A DNA stretch of 64,000 nucleotides, taken from Chrysomallon squamiferum. Taxonomy: Eukaryota; Animalia; Mollusca. The translations under genes and the position numbers were made by a program. The notes under the pieces were generated by a model. That model had not been told where the DNA came from. It did no database searches and saw only the letters and a list, made by a program, of their open reading frames with translations. The stretch covers positions 15,004,001 to 15,068,000 of the forward strand of contig CM022669.1 of the NCBI GenBank assembly GCA_012295275.1, read 5' to 3'. Shown here piece after piece: positions 1-13,348 of the stretch. The number at the start of each line of letters is the position of its first letter. Positions within the stretch are counted from its first letter, which is position 1.

Positions 1-1105
1 CCCATGTTTCCGTTTGCATACAACATCACATTGTTTTCAAATACAGTCTTCAACGCACTCCGCACATTGGCTGGTGGGAAGACCTAACAAACCATAACAA
101 AGTTAATATTATTATTTTAAATGCCATGAGGAAGAACAACATGGGCTGACAATCAAAGATATGAATTATTAAATTAAACGTAAATCAGGTTATATGTGTA
201 TATCAGTTTGTTTCAGTACTGAGATATACAAAGTATTATTTAATGTTACTTTCTTGGGATGACTGTTTTCTGATTTCTGACGTATTCCATTTGTTTTATT
301 GATATTTACATCCTCAACCTTTGCACATATATTCAGTTAAAAATAATAAATTCAAAGCTGAAAAAGGTGAATGATACCAGTCTAACTTACCAGCTTTAAG
401 TCAGAATAGTCAGAATATATTTTATACACTGTGATTAACACAATAATATAATCCACCTATTATTATTTATTTGCATGTGCAGTCATAAATAACAGATTCA
501 AGATTCAAAGAAAAAATATTTAAACTTAAATCAAGTCAAGCCCAATATATTGTCATTATGTATTGTACATCTACAATAAGATATCAAATTTTTTTTTTTA
601 CTGTATCATCTTGAAGACCAGAGGCCTTTAAAAACCACTGTCCAGCCAACTGGTCAGCCATAATACTGTCATGATGGCCATCCTTACTGCAGTCAAAGTT
701 GTAGTAGCGTCCTACAATATAATACAAAAATTTAAAGAATTAATGTATCAAAATGCAATATTAAACAGTATTATTCATTCACTGAAATAATTTTACAACG
801 GATGGTCATACCATTCCAAAGTTTCTCCTGAAAAGACGTTTTGCCTCTGTCCAAAACTTCAGCATATTTCTTAGAATCTTCTTCAAACCCAAGAGTGTCA
901 GCTACTTTTACCATGATCTGTAGAGCAGCTAGCCACATCCCTCCACAATATGAACTGTAAATATCAGTAAACATATTGTCAGTAAACAAACTGAAGATAG
1001 TACACGAAAAAAAGAAAAAAAAGGAAAGAGAATATATTTCTAAGTTATGCTTAAATATTATTTATATATGCTTGAAAAAACAAAAACAAATAAATAAATA
1101 AATAA

Positions 1106-1200
<95 letters not shown>

Positions 1201-4200
1201 ATGTTTATTAATGAAATCAAGCGGAATTTAATTTTAAGAGTATTTAAGCCATAACAGTGATTAGTTATTAAAATGTCAGATAAAACTGATCTTCAGAACT
1301 GAAGAATATTCATACAATTAAGAAAAAACTGACACAAAAATTACAGTTTAATTGTTTTTGTTTTTTTTTAAATCTCTTTCAGTTAAGTAATGTGTTTTTA
1401 CTAAACACAACTTTGAAGTATTGAACTGCTTACCTTGCTCCTTTCATGGTCCAGGCATCATAAGTCTGATCAGCAAATCCGCTGTTGTCAATAACACCAT
1501 CTCCATCTACGTCCCAGGTCAAAGCAGTTTCCATGACAACCTGGGCAGAAAAAGATGCAGAAAAAAATAAATGGGAAGTACACCGAATTTAGGCTGTTTG
1601 CATACATTAGGAAAAGTTCACTTATAATTATCTGTTCTATATGAAAACAAATTTACCTTGATCTTAGGGTACATATGTTTGAGGAACTCCATATTTTGGG
1701 TATGGCTGAAGTCACGATACACCTGTAGAACAAACTTGAGATTCAAGTCTTTCCAGTTACAGGTGGGGTGAATGATGTATGCATTCACTCTCTTCCATGG
1801 TTCATCCTCTGAAAATACAAACCTCAGGAATCGTAACAATGGAATAAGATGAATGATTTAAAATTTCAGTGGTTAAATATGATTCCTGTTTTATAACAAG
1901 TGATAGAGGGAAGCAATCTCAAAAGTTATTCTGATGTTAATGTATAAACAAATTACACAGATATCATGATAGTTTTTTTCTTCTTTTTTTTTACCTGCAA
2001 AAATTATGAAAAGTACAAAGGATTGACATTTGAATAATAAATAAAAAATAAAATCATATTTATTTATTTTATTTAATTGTTTATTTAAAAAACATATAAT
2101 AATAATAATAATTTAAAATAAAGATCAACAATAGTTAAAAAAACCTCAAATAAGTTTACTTTTCATCTTTTGTTTACAATACTTTTAAAACAATAACAAA
2201 AAATATGAATGGAAAAGAAACATTGAAACAAATATAATGTAAAAATTATTTCAAAATTTCTTGCTGTTTGACTGATACCAGTTAGGTTTAGTTTACCTGG
2301 GTCACCAAGATCATGTGGGACTGTGTTGACAGTTTTAACAATTCCCTTCTCTCCAGACATACAGAACTTTATCCCTTCAGTGTCCTCAGATGTCACTGAT
2401 TCAGCTGAAGACAGAAATAATATTAGTGATAATATTAGTCATAACTGAGATTTGAAATTAGAAAAGAATTTTAGACTTAACTGTAGTTTAAAATTCATAT
2501 TTTTTTTTAAGAATAAAAATAAAGTTACCACAAATTCAAAACAAAAAGAAGAATGAAATGATATTCAGTGACAAATTTACTATTTAATATTTAATTCCAT
2601 ATAGCAGATAAGGAACTAAAGAAAATAGGTTAATATTTATGCATAAGATATGGTTTTTGTGTTTGTTTTTGCATCTATGTGCATGCATCTTATGTCAGGG
2701 TTGCTACTGAAATATATTAATATGATATTGATCAGAATGTCTAGCATGTCTTATTTTTAATGTATATATTTATACATAAACTTACCTATATCATACTGAA
2801 TAGATTCCTGGATCTTCGGCCACAACATGATAAATGCAAAAGATGAATAATGATGCACATCATAAGTGTTAAACATCCGATACTCGTGACCTGCAGAATA
2901 AAATAAAAGTTAATTTTCATTTTGTAAACACCCTTTTTAATGTTCCCTCACAAATATCTTTCTTAAAAAAAAATTAAAAATTAAAAACTTAAAAAAAAAA
3001 ATGCATATGTAACTAAAATAATACAAATTTAAAATTATGCATATTATATGACAGAAAATAAAAGATCCTAGTTAACCTGAGGAAAGCAAATTCTCACACA
3101 GCCTGCAGAAAAAGAAACAGGTCGTATTAAACAATAAGAATGTTTGTAAGAATGATATTCTACAAAATCTTTAATATTAATGACATACTCTCTCTTGTGC
3201 ATCTGTCCATGCACAGATATGTACTTTTGCATGTTTATAAAAAAAGCTTTGAAAATACAACTTACCTTCCAGGTACACAAATTTACTGTATTCTTTTACA
3301 GTATCTACATTAGATCCTGGAGCATTATCACCAATAGGGTCTACCCAAACAGTGCCTCCATCACTGACATAGTACAGCTCATTAAAGAGGGCAGATTTAT
3401 ACCAAGCTGGAAGTTTGCTGCAGAAGAATACAACAAACTCAATTTTTATGAATCAATATTTGTTTACTGACATCCTTATATGTTTCAATATTAATAAATA
3501 ATATGTGAAAACATATTACATAAACATTTAGTCTGATTCAAATCTACTTTTATATTTTTCAGTATTCATTTTTAGAAGGCAGTTGAAGATTTATGAATCA
3601 GTAAGATATATAAGAGTCACTAACGAAGCATTTTAATATTAATTTGTTGTCAAACAAACCTGTTAGAAAGGATTGGGTTCTGCCAGTCTTCGATCTTCTT
3701 TTCCCAGCTTGGGTATGATGTCAGAGCATGAGAACACAAATGTGGAGCTGCATCTCCATTTGTTCCAAACCAACGAGTGTACCTCCTGTAAAGCATCAAC
3801 ATATATTATTATATATTACAATCACTAAATACTGAATTATAACTTTCACTTTTTTTTTTAAATTCATCACTTCAGTTTCAGCCTTCATACATTCTCATAC
3901 TTTATTTATTAGTAAAAATTGGTGTAACATGATAAATTAAAGAAATTATCAAGAAAAGTATAAAATACATTTGTTTATCCTGTCAATGACATACATTATT
4001 CATGTATGAAGCCAAATAGATGCTACTTGCCTGGAATACATCTGCTCTCTTGCAGCAAAGTGAATGACAGGCATGTCCCAGGCAAGACAAAAGTCCATCT
4101 GACCTTTACTTTTCGGTTTTACTGTGCACTTTGCACAAACTGCTGCAGCAATTTCTTTTCCTTTTTTTGTTTCAGCACTGGCTTCTGTAAAATTCACAAA

Positions 4201-6751
4201 TGTTTAGTATTAAAAATTAAATAATTACAATAGACCGTTTTTTTTTTTTTTTTTTTTTTTAATGGTAATTTATCATAAAATATTTTTATCCATTTTAATA
4301 TTAATATATAACTCTTAATACACGAGATTTTCAAAATGTTATTAAAAATATCTTTCTTTGTATGATATTTACTACTGATATAAAACAACAATATATAGAT
4401 TTCAAAATGTGATTGCAGTTTTTTTACATCTATTTCTGTTTATATGCATATAGTCATAAGGTTACCTTCAGATGATTTCAGAGAACCATTTTCTGTTAGA
4501 TCATTCCAAATTTCTTCACCAGAACCATGTGGGTCAAACTGAACACAATGACTGACAGACACATTTTCCTAAAAAAAAAAGAAACAAAACAATGTTATCA
4601 TTGTTTTAATGGCAGATAATTCAGTAGCCTTTTCTCACACTTCACTTAAACTATGTTGCAAAATTATATTTACACATACATTTAAAAAACTTGACAAATA
4701 TACCTTATATGAATTACGTAAATGTATTTCATTAGATTAAATAAGAACAACTTGTTACATTATTTCCTGTACTTAATAATATAAATATTATATGTAACAA
4801 ATAAACAAACATGCACATTCAAACATATAAAGTAACACATACAAAATTACATATAAAACAGAGATTGTCATTAAATTAAAATAAAACAAATAACAGGCAT
4901 TAAAATTACAACAGATACACTTATGCATATTTCAAAAAAGAAGACAAAAATAAATAAAAAAAATGAACAGATAATTTAAAGAAGATACCTTTACAGGTAT
5001 GCAAACAAATGGATCTAAAAACAGAGACAACAGTACCTACCAAAAATTTAAATAATTCATTGTATTACTTTTTAGCATGACTGAGATGATTATAAAAAAC
5101 AGAAATAAAAAAAAATATCTATAAAATAATTTAAGTAATACATACCATTTTTAGCTGCAGACACAGCATAAGTACATTTCATGCCTCTAAAAGTCTGATG
5201 AATCATAACACCCTGGACCTCACTCACTTCGGACTTGAGAGTGAACGGTTCATTCCAACACCCTCCTTCTTTATCCTCCTTGACACCACGCCCATTTTTG
5301 AAGGTAAATGCTATACTGATGTCTAGCTCATCATCACTATTATTTTCTATAGTCCAAACAAATACTGCAGTAGGCAGTGTCGTTTCCTTAAATACATAAA
5401 TAAATATCATTAGATTTGTACCAACATTTAAAACCAAGTACCAATTTATATTAAATAGGTTTTTTGGCAAGATAATGGTTTTTTTATTTTTTTAACATTT
5501 TTTTAAATTAGATAAGAAAGCAATAACATTATTAAATTACAATCTTCATTTTTACATTATAATCTGAGTTTTTTTTGTTGTAAACCAAAACCAAAAAAGA
5601 GACCATTATTTAATTACTCTCATAACAAATAATAAAATTTTGAAGATATAAAAGATGGGGAAAAAACCTACTTGATAATTATGTGGAAAAACTGGTGATA
5701 TCTGTCTACATATCAGTCGAACTTTGTGTTCTGGAATGTCAAAAACTGACCAGGCTCTGGGATACAAAGCATGGTAAGTGGCATCTTGTTTTGGAAACTG
5801 CCAGTTCCAGGAATTCAGTCCTTTGGTCTTCTTGGTCTGGGATGACAGTACTTGCTGGTAAACTGTCTTCCCATTCTTTCGTATACACACAATAAACTGA
5901 AATGAGAAAAATATTTTTCTACGTTTTCATTTTGTATTAACAAGAGAGGTCAATTGGTAAACTTTCATACTTATTCGTATATCTGATATACAATTTTAAA
6001 TGATGATTCTTGTATAAATATGTCCAGTCTGTTTGTAAATTTTTATTTCTGTTAATCTGTATAGTTTAACTGCTGTTTCAAAATGCATTATTTAAGATTC
6101 ATGGCATAGCTATTAAAATTTGAATATTAGAGATAACTACCTAGAAAATGAATAGTTAGAGACATATAAGATTCAAGGAAATTATACCTTTCACAACCCA
6201 GTAAACAATTATTGGTCTTTATTTGCAGCAAAGGACACATTACCTTGAAATACACATGATTACAAGCAATTTGATGATGTGATTAATCATTTATATAAGA
6301 TGCAGAGCATATCAAAATTATCTTCATTTAGACTAAATTCTGTTAACATATAGAGATATGTAAACTTACTTGGTCTGCATCTATAACTACATGATCATAC
6401 ATGCCAGGAACCATCTGAAATCGACAGAATTCACCACGGTAACCTCTTCCAATTGTACCACACCCAATACCTCCAATAGGGCAGCCTGAAAAATAAAACA
6501 ACAACATAAGCAAAAAAAGTAAAGTCAACTGGCATACCTTGGTATCTATAGTATATATCTCTGTCTTCAGTTTTCTAATTTATTTATACATCTTTATATT
6601 ACTTAAGACACCTCTTACAAACAATCTCAATAAACTGAATTCTAAATTTATTCCTCGCCAAGATTGATTCATGATTAGACTATTGTTTCTTGGACAGGTA
6701 TTTCATAAGTATTTTGCTTTTAGAACACTATCATGATTATGCACTCATTTT

Positions 6752-6782
<31 letters not shown>

Positions 6783-7838
6783 ATACTGTAAACTTTTTTG
6801 TCCATTATTTTTTTAATGATTTATGATATGCATCTTTCCTTTCAATAATATATTAATTTTTAACAAATTTTTTGACCATTATTTTTTAAATGATTTATGA
6901 TCATTCATCTTTCCTTTCAATAATATATTAATTTTTAACAAATTTTTTGACCATTATTTTTTAAATGATTTATGATCATTCATCTTTCCTTTCAATAATA
7001 TATTAATTTTTGACATTAATGGTAAGAACAAACTTGCCATATATTGGATTGTATGGGACAGGATCTAGATAGCTGATGAATGGTACTCTTCCTTGGTGTT
7101 TTTTCTTAAACCAAAATTGCATGTATCTGAAAATAAAATATATAACTAATTAATTTACAATTATTAGCAGAATTTTATTAGTTAAACCAGTGTAACAAAA
7201 AATATATTTAACTATGTTCCATCTTTAAAAATGTATAAACAAATAGTAACTATAACAGTGAAATTAACACAAAACTGCCAACTGTCAGAAGTTCAGTTGT
7301 TGTAATGAAACCCCTGAAACAGCAGGATATGATAAGCTGTATATATAATATAAGATAAATCAATTAAACTTATTTGTATTCATTCTATTCAGTATTATAC
7401 AAGAGTTATATTGCTTATGAATTTTGTAAACAAGTCACAGAATTTTTACTGAATTTGAACTTCTTTGCACTAAAATAAATTCATAATGATAATGATATTC
7501 ATATTGATAATCATAATCCTCATAATAATTATTAATTTATATCATATCGATATGTGTATTTGATAATTTGAAACAGGTTAGTTTTTGACATGACTTGGTT
7601 ATCACATACTGTATTTATTTATTACAGTAAAAAACCCAGCTAACTAAATAAATAAACTTGATGCACACCTCACTGTCAATCCAAGAAATCCCGACAATTG
7701 TCTCAGTCGAGGTTGCTGAAAAGGCATGCATTTTTCTTGACATTTGTAAGTGAGTGGTACACGCCATCCAAAATCAGGAACACCATCAATGTGATGTTTT
7801 GGTGTTGTTAAGCTTTTGTTCGGATTGACACAAGTCAT
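1..7838 (-). CDS. GBA2: Non-lysosomal glucosylceramidase (glycoside hydrolase family 116), spliced, 3' end runs off the window
   Basis: Coding exons read manually (minus strand): 7838-7669, 7126-7038, 6485-6370, 5896-5672, 5386-5146, 4568-4466, 4184-4031, 3785-3660, 3417-3266, 2890-2786, 2404-2297, 1808-1657, 1540-1434, 954-812, 711-602, 83-<1. Motifs [116 protein letters not shown] match human GBA2 as I recall it, including the catalytic Glu (YLEG) and Asp (DQTYD) motifs. All junction phases are consistent except 5146/4568. Confidence 0.97.
1088..1202. repeat. Compound (TAAA)n/(TAAG)n microsatellite
   Basis: Direct inspection. Confidence 0.95.
6790..7014. repeat. Tandem repeat, 75-bp unit x3, in GBA2 intron 2
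   Basis: ttcaataata recurs at 6841, 6916 and 6991 with near-identical intervening sequence. Confidence 0.9.
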
Positions 7839-7839
7839 T

Positions 7840-8135
7840 TTTTATGATAATTTTTACAGATAATTCTCATGTAGTCAAATGAAGAATTTTCAGTCACTTG
7901 CATCCAGATTGTAATCCTATCATTACGCTTGAGTAATTATCACAAACCAGTCTAACATTCATCGACTGTCCAAGCGTCATACATTATATGCATTATTTCA
8001 GAAGCGAAACAGTATGGTGTATTCAGTCCGTAAGATCGTCGTCGACAGAAAAGGGAAATTAAGTAAATTTTGACAGATGTATGTACTTGTTTAAACCGCT
8101 GTAGTAGCACCGAAGTTAAGGACAAATGACAGGTA
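7840..8135. promoter_or_regulatory. Putative bidirectional promoter and first-exon region shared by GBA2 and RGP1
   Basis: Lies between the divergent genes. It has a local CpG cluster (e.g. gtccgtaagatcgtcgtcgac ~8026-8046) in otherwise CpG-poor DNA. A plus-strand donor AG|GTATTT at 8132/8133 could end a non-coding RGP1 first exon. TSS positions cannot be determined from sequence. Confidence 0.6.
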
Positions 8136-8423
8136 TTTATTATTCATTTTCTCTTATTAGTACTGAAGTTTGTACGTTAGTAACGAATATGTCAATAATA
8201 ATAAAAACAAACAAATACTGAAATAGACATTCAGACTCGCTGACTCGGTCATTCATTGGAGTGGTGATTTGGCCACGATTTGATGTTTAACATTCACTTT
8301 GTACATAATATTATTTAGAAAAAGAATAATAAAAAAAAGTAGGAATAACTAATTTAATCCCATTATTAATCTAGATATTGGATACTGACCGATTTAAAAC
8401 TATTAATAATAATAATGATAATG

Positions 8424-8485
<62 letters not shown>

Positions 8486-8968
8486 GCAGTATACTGACAT
8501 TTTAATTATTTTCTTGCATTACTAGTTTTCATATAATTATATTTAATTCAGCTAAATACAAGAAAACGATTTGTATAATTTAAAGATACACATTATTTTA
8601 TCATAGTGTAAACGGTGTGAAAATTACATTTAATATAATAATAAAGTGCTAGTGTCTAGTCATTAATTTTTATTATAATTTATATTTGTCATCTGTTGCT
8701 GTTACTGTTGACCGTAGCAGATTGAATCCATTCAAAATCAGACATGCTGAATAATCTATTAAGATTATTTCAGTACACACATTGTATGTACTAAATAATT
8801 TTACATACAAAGGAAATTGAAAATTAAATTAATATTATTTATGCTACTTATCTTTATGGATAAATGTATCAAAGCACAATTAAATGCAACACTAGTAATA
8901 GCAAACACATTGTAACTGTAAAGATAAAAATATATGTGTAAAATAATAAAGCATTATATTTTTAGTTG

Positions 8969-9025
8969 ATGGTTGGTGGAATATCATCTGTGATATGTGT
9001 TGACATGGTTGCAAAGAGGAGATGA
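8969..9025 (+). promoter_or_regulatory. Upstream ORF ([18 protein letters not shown]) whose TGA overlaps the RGP1 start codon
   Basis: After acceptor tttag (8961-8965): ATG 8969, in-frame ATG 9005, TGA 9023-9025 overlapping ATG 9022-9024 (ATGA). There is also a minimal ATG-TGT-TGA at 8995-9003. Confidence 0.5.
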
Positions 9026-12000
9026 TAGAAGTAACTGCCAGTTTACCTCGTGGGCCTGTGTTCTTAGCAGGGGAGATAATTCAGTGTGATATTGTCTTCA
9101 GCAATGCCCCAAAGACAGAACAAGCATCGAGGTAATGATACTGAAAATAAATACTTTATTTTTTGAGGTACAACTATTTATGATGCATTCTGTAACCAGT
9201 ATTAAAGATCTTAATGCATTTAAACTATCAGTTATAATTTTTATTTTTATTTTTATTTTCTGTTGAAGCTACCAAATTGATGTTTTATTATTTTTTTATT
9301 ATCAGAATCAAAATGTTTCTAATTCTAGAAGAAATTTTTAAAATAATTCCAAACCCTGCAAATGTATATCAAATGAAACTAATAAAATATCAGGTTATCC
9401 TGATACATTTTCATTGTGTTAATAATGGTTTTAGAAAAAAAAGAAAAAAATAGTAATAGCTGAAAATAACAATAGATGAATGTTTTGTTAATGTGCCGAT
9501 TTTTATTTATTTAATTTTTTTTACCTTATGTTTTCAGAAAGGATGTTGACTGTTTAGCATGGGCCAGTGTACAGGTGATCTGTCAGTGTACAGTCAGTGA
9601 CTCGAGAGTTGCATTACCAAGAGTACAGGTACTGCCTGCCCGGAATACTTCATCTTCAAGTGGGGACACGTCATTTGTACCCAACAAAGGTCAATCACTA
9701 TCTTCATTTATTTATAACTGACAGTATCATAATATGATGAATAATTCAGTACAGTTTGTATTTTAAATATTTCAAAAATCTTTTAAAGAAGATATATTTT
9801 TATAAATATGATAAAATGTGTGATAGCTTTATTTACACAATTTTAAATTTAAATTCATATATTTATGTGAATATATATGAATGTTTTTCATAGTTTTATC
9901 TCTAAGTCTTTGGTAATTTTATTTTGGTAGGTGAAAGAGGATTAACAGTGTTGACTACTAAACCAAAAATACTGTTCTGTGATTTGAAACTGCAGCCTGG
10001 GGAATCGAGACATTGTGAGAAATTGTTCTTAAACTTATTAATGTTAAATATATTTTTTAAATAACTTTCTGTCTATTTGAATATTTGTACAAAAACATCC
10101 ATACCCATACACCAACATACAAGACAGATATTCAAATAGACAGAAATAATCAGCTTAAATATATATTTCTGAGGATGAACCTTTTTTTTTTTTTTTTGAA
10201 CTTTGGATCAGATAAATATGGTTTATGTTGAACATTAACAAAAGGTTCCATTAATTTACTGTTTCATTAAGTAATCTGATTTTTATTTTTTCAGTAAGTT
10301 ATCCCATTTTAAGTTCTGTAGTAAGTGATTTAAATTTAAGTTTTTCACTAAGTAATCTAATTTTAAGTTTCCATCAGTTATATTTCAGGACACGATACCA
10401 ACAGACGCACCACCTTCTTTCCGAGGACAAGCTGTAAAGTACTCATACAAAATTATTGTTGGCACACAGCGATTTGAACATCCAACCAAACTGCTGAGAA
10501 TACCTTTCAGGGTGATGGTTCTGTATGGTAAGGTGACATTCTTGATGCCTTTGAAAGTAAATACTTTATTAAAATCTTAAAATATTTAATGATAATTTGT
10601 GGTTTTTGTTTATTTTGGGTTTTTTATATAAAATATTTTCTTTCAGTTTTGTCAAAGATGTAAATAATTAAAATTATAATTTATTTTTAATTAGTACATT
10701 ATATTGTCTAAGTTCAAATGTATAATGACAACAAATTTTATGTAAATAAACACCCATTGCAAAATTAGCTATATGCTGTTTACTTTGAAACAAAGAAGGA
10801 AAAATAACTGTAATGGTGTTAAAAAAGTAATAATTGCATAAATAGTGAATAATTATAAATGAAACAAGAATTATAACCTAGTTTGTTGTAAATAAAATTT
10901 ATTTATTGTTTGGAAAAATAAAGTTGTAACTTGTTCATCTTTTTCTTTCGACAGGTTTGAATGATATTAGTGTTTACAATGAATCAGGAGAGTTTGCACC
11001 TAGCAACCCATTTCTCAAACGGAAAGAAAATTCCATATTAGATATCGCACTGCAAGTTTTATCTACAGTGACAGCCAGGAAATCTCCACGTAAGTAGACT
11101 GTCAGAAAGCAAACTAATAAGTGATATTATGCATTGAACTGGGGCTTAATCCTTTTTGTTTGATAAAAATAATGTTTTTGAAGTGTAATTATGCTAGTTG
11201 CACATGCCTTGTCCTGTTATGTCATGGCTGAATGTCTCATTTATAGAGCTGATTGATTGGTTGATATTTTTAAACTGGATTCCCAAGCAAGGAATCTTAT
11301 GCATTTGACGTCACAAAAGCATTTTGATGGCATACATATTATTTTTAACATACTGAAATTTCTGTTGGTTATTTTGTAATACCAACTTTTGAACAAGCAC
11401 TGAAAAATTGTCAAAATTTTGATAGTACTGCCAATTTGTTAATGCTTGGGTAAACCTTTATGTATCTGTTATATTGTCCATGATTTGGTCATTTGAGATT
11501 TGTCCTTTTTTTTTGTTTTGTCCTCCATACCAGTTTCCTATCTGATCAGTATATTAAAGAACAAGGGCAACTTGTTTTAAATGCAGCAAATGTTTGTGAA
11601 GATTTTATTTCAGTGTTCAGGAAATATATTGCATTCAGTTGCTGAACACAGAAAAAGTGATCAGAATTAATAATTGAAAAAAAAAATAACAATTTTTTAT
11701 TATTATTATTACTAAATACTTAAAATAATGATAAAAAATATAATAATAATAATAAAAATAATATTATTATTACTATATTTTATTTATTTATTTATTTATT
11801 TTTTATTTATTGTAATTTTATTTCTCAGATTCATACAATATAACAAATGCAAAAGGAAAGGTAGCCAGGTTTCTGATGTTCAAGCAAGCATATAAACTTG
11901 GTGAAGATATTGTTGGTATATTTGACTTTACTGATGGAACAGTTCCTTGTGTACAGGTATGTCACATAGAAAATATTCTAGTGTATATCAGATTACATTT

Positions 12001-13348
12001 TATAAAGAACAGTAAACAATTATAATAGAGTTTGTTATAAAACTTGATAAAGTGAAATTTCTAATAAAAGTGTACTTTTTCATTTAATATATTTCAGTTT
12101 CCTACATTTGCATTATTTGTATGAAAACCTATGTTGTAAAAATAATAATATTTAAAAAGTTTTAATAAAATATTTGAAGTATTCATAAGAACCTGTTAAA
12201 ATATACAAAATTTGTTAGCGTTAAAATGTTGCTAATTTGTTATGACTCCTTTCATGTAGTATAATAATATTTAATAAGTTTTATTTAAAATTTTAAATAT
12301 TCATAAAATCACATTAAAATATCAAAAATTAAATTTAAGTATTTTTTTATTTATTTGATACTGTTAAAATGTTGCTAATTTTTTACGGCTTTCAGTTCAT
12401 GTTAAAAATAATAAAAATGTGTGTGTGTGTATATACAAGCTGTTAGAATGTTACTAATTTGTTTTATGACTTTCCTTCCTTGCAGTATTCAGTGACATTA
12501 CAGAGTGAGGAGCAGATGGCAGAAGAATATCGTAAGAAGCCAAGTCAAGGAACTGCAGTGACCTCATACGTCAAACATCAAGAAATGTGTCTACACACAC
12601 TGAAATCAAGCATAAACATACCTCTGCCTTTAACAGCCACACCAGGATTTATCACTGACATTGGTAAGATTTTAATTAAGTGGGTTAAACAACGATAATA
12701 ACCAGTTTCATTTGCCAGTGTAGGGTTTAGCTCAGTACTACTGAGATGGGGTATCATTAAATAACAAACAGCTGGAACTGTGGTACAAGTAGATGATGAT
12801 ATCTGTGCATTGTTCTGGACCTATGGGCAAGGATACAGTGTGCAAGGGAGATTCTCTTATAACTCAGTATTTTGTGACTGGTTATGAAATTACTATAGGT
12901 AAAAGAGAATCTAGAATTATTACTGATGTTACTCATGAAATGGATATAAAGCTGACTAGTAAACCAGTAATTCATTTAATTTGGTCCTTACATTTATATA
13001 TATTTTTTATTTATTAAAAACTAATCCAACTTCTGCTTCAGTATTTATCTGTCTTATTGTCCAATACTTTTATTGATTTTTTTTTTGTACAGCCATATTG
13101 AAAATATATCTCACATTATTACAGTTTGTCTTCGATGGAGGCTTCACTTTGAATTTGTAACATCCTGTGAGCCAATTGAAGGACCGCCAAGGCCCACAAA
13201 TCCCGATGAAAATGTAATATGGCGAGGACCTCCGACAGTTAATGTCGAAACGATGGTCTGGGATCTGCCTATCAAAGTCTTTCCAACAAACCCACTCCAT
13301 GCATCAAGTGTGACTCTGATGAGAACCAGCTCTAGCATCAGAATCTGA
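9022..13348 (+). CDS. RGP1: RAB6A-GEF complex partner protein 2 (Rgp1 homolog, RIC1-RGP1 GEF subunit), complete, 8 coding exons
   Basis: Exons 9022-9131, 9538-9689, 9931-10014, 10378-10527, 10955-11089, 11829-11956, 12486-12663, 13125-13348, all GT-AG and in phase. Translation [18 protein letters not shown]...LAWASVQ...GERG...[14 protein letters not shown]...[14 protein letters not shown]...APSNPFL...YKLGEDIVG...TPGF...[12 protein letters not shown]...[10 protein letters not shown] matches human RGP1 as I recall it end to end. Confidence 0.97.

Noticed and set aside
12757-13017. ORFs in RGP1 intron 7
   Set aside because: Short, no recognisable homology; probably a decayed repeat fragment.
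13091-13124. Upstream acceptor ttttgtacag (13092) for the RGP1 last exon
   Set aside because: It is 32 nt upstream of the conserved acceptor and out of frame. The 13124 acceptor restores homology ([12 protein letters not shown]).
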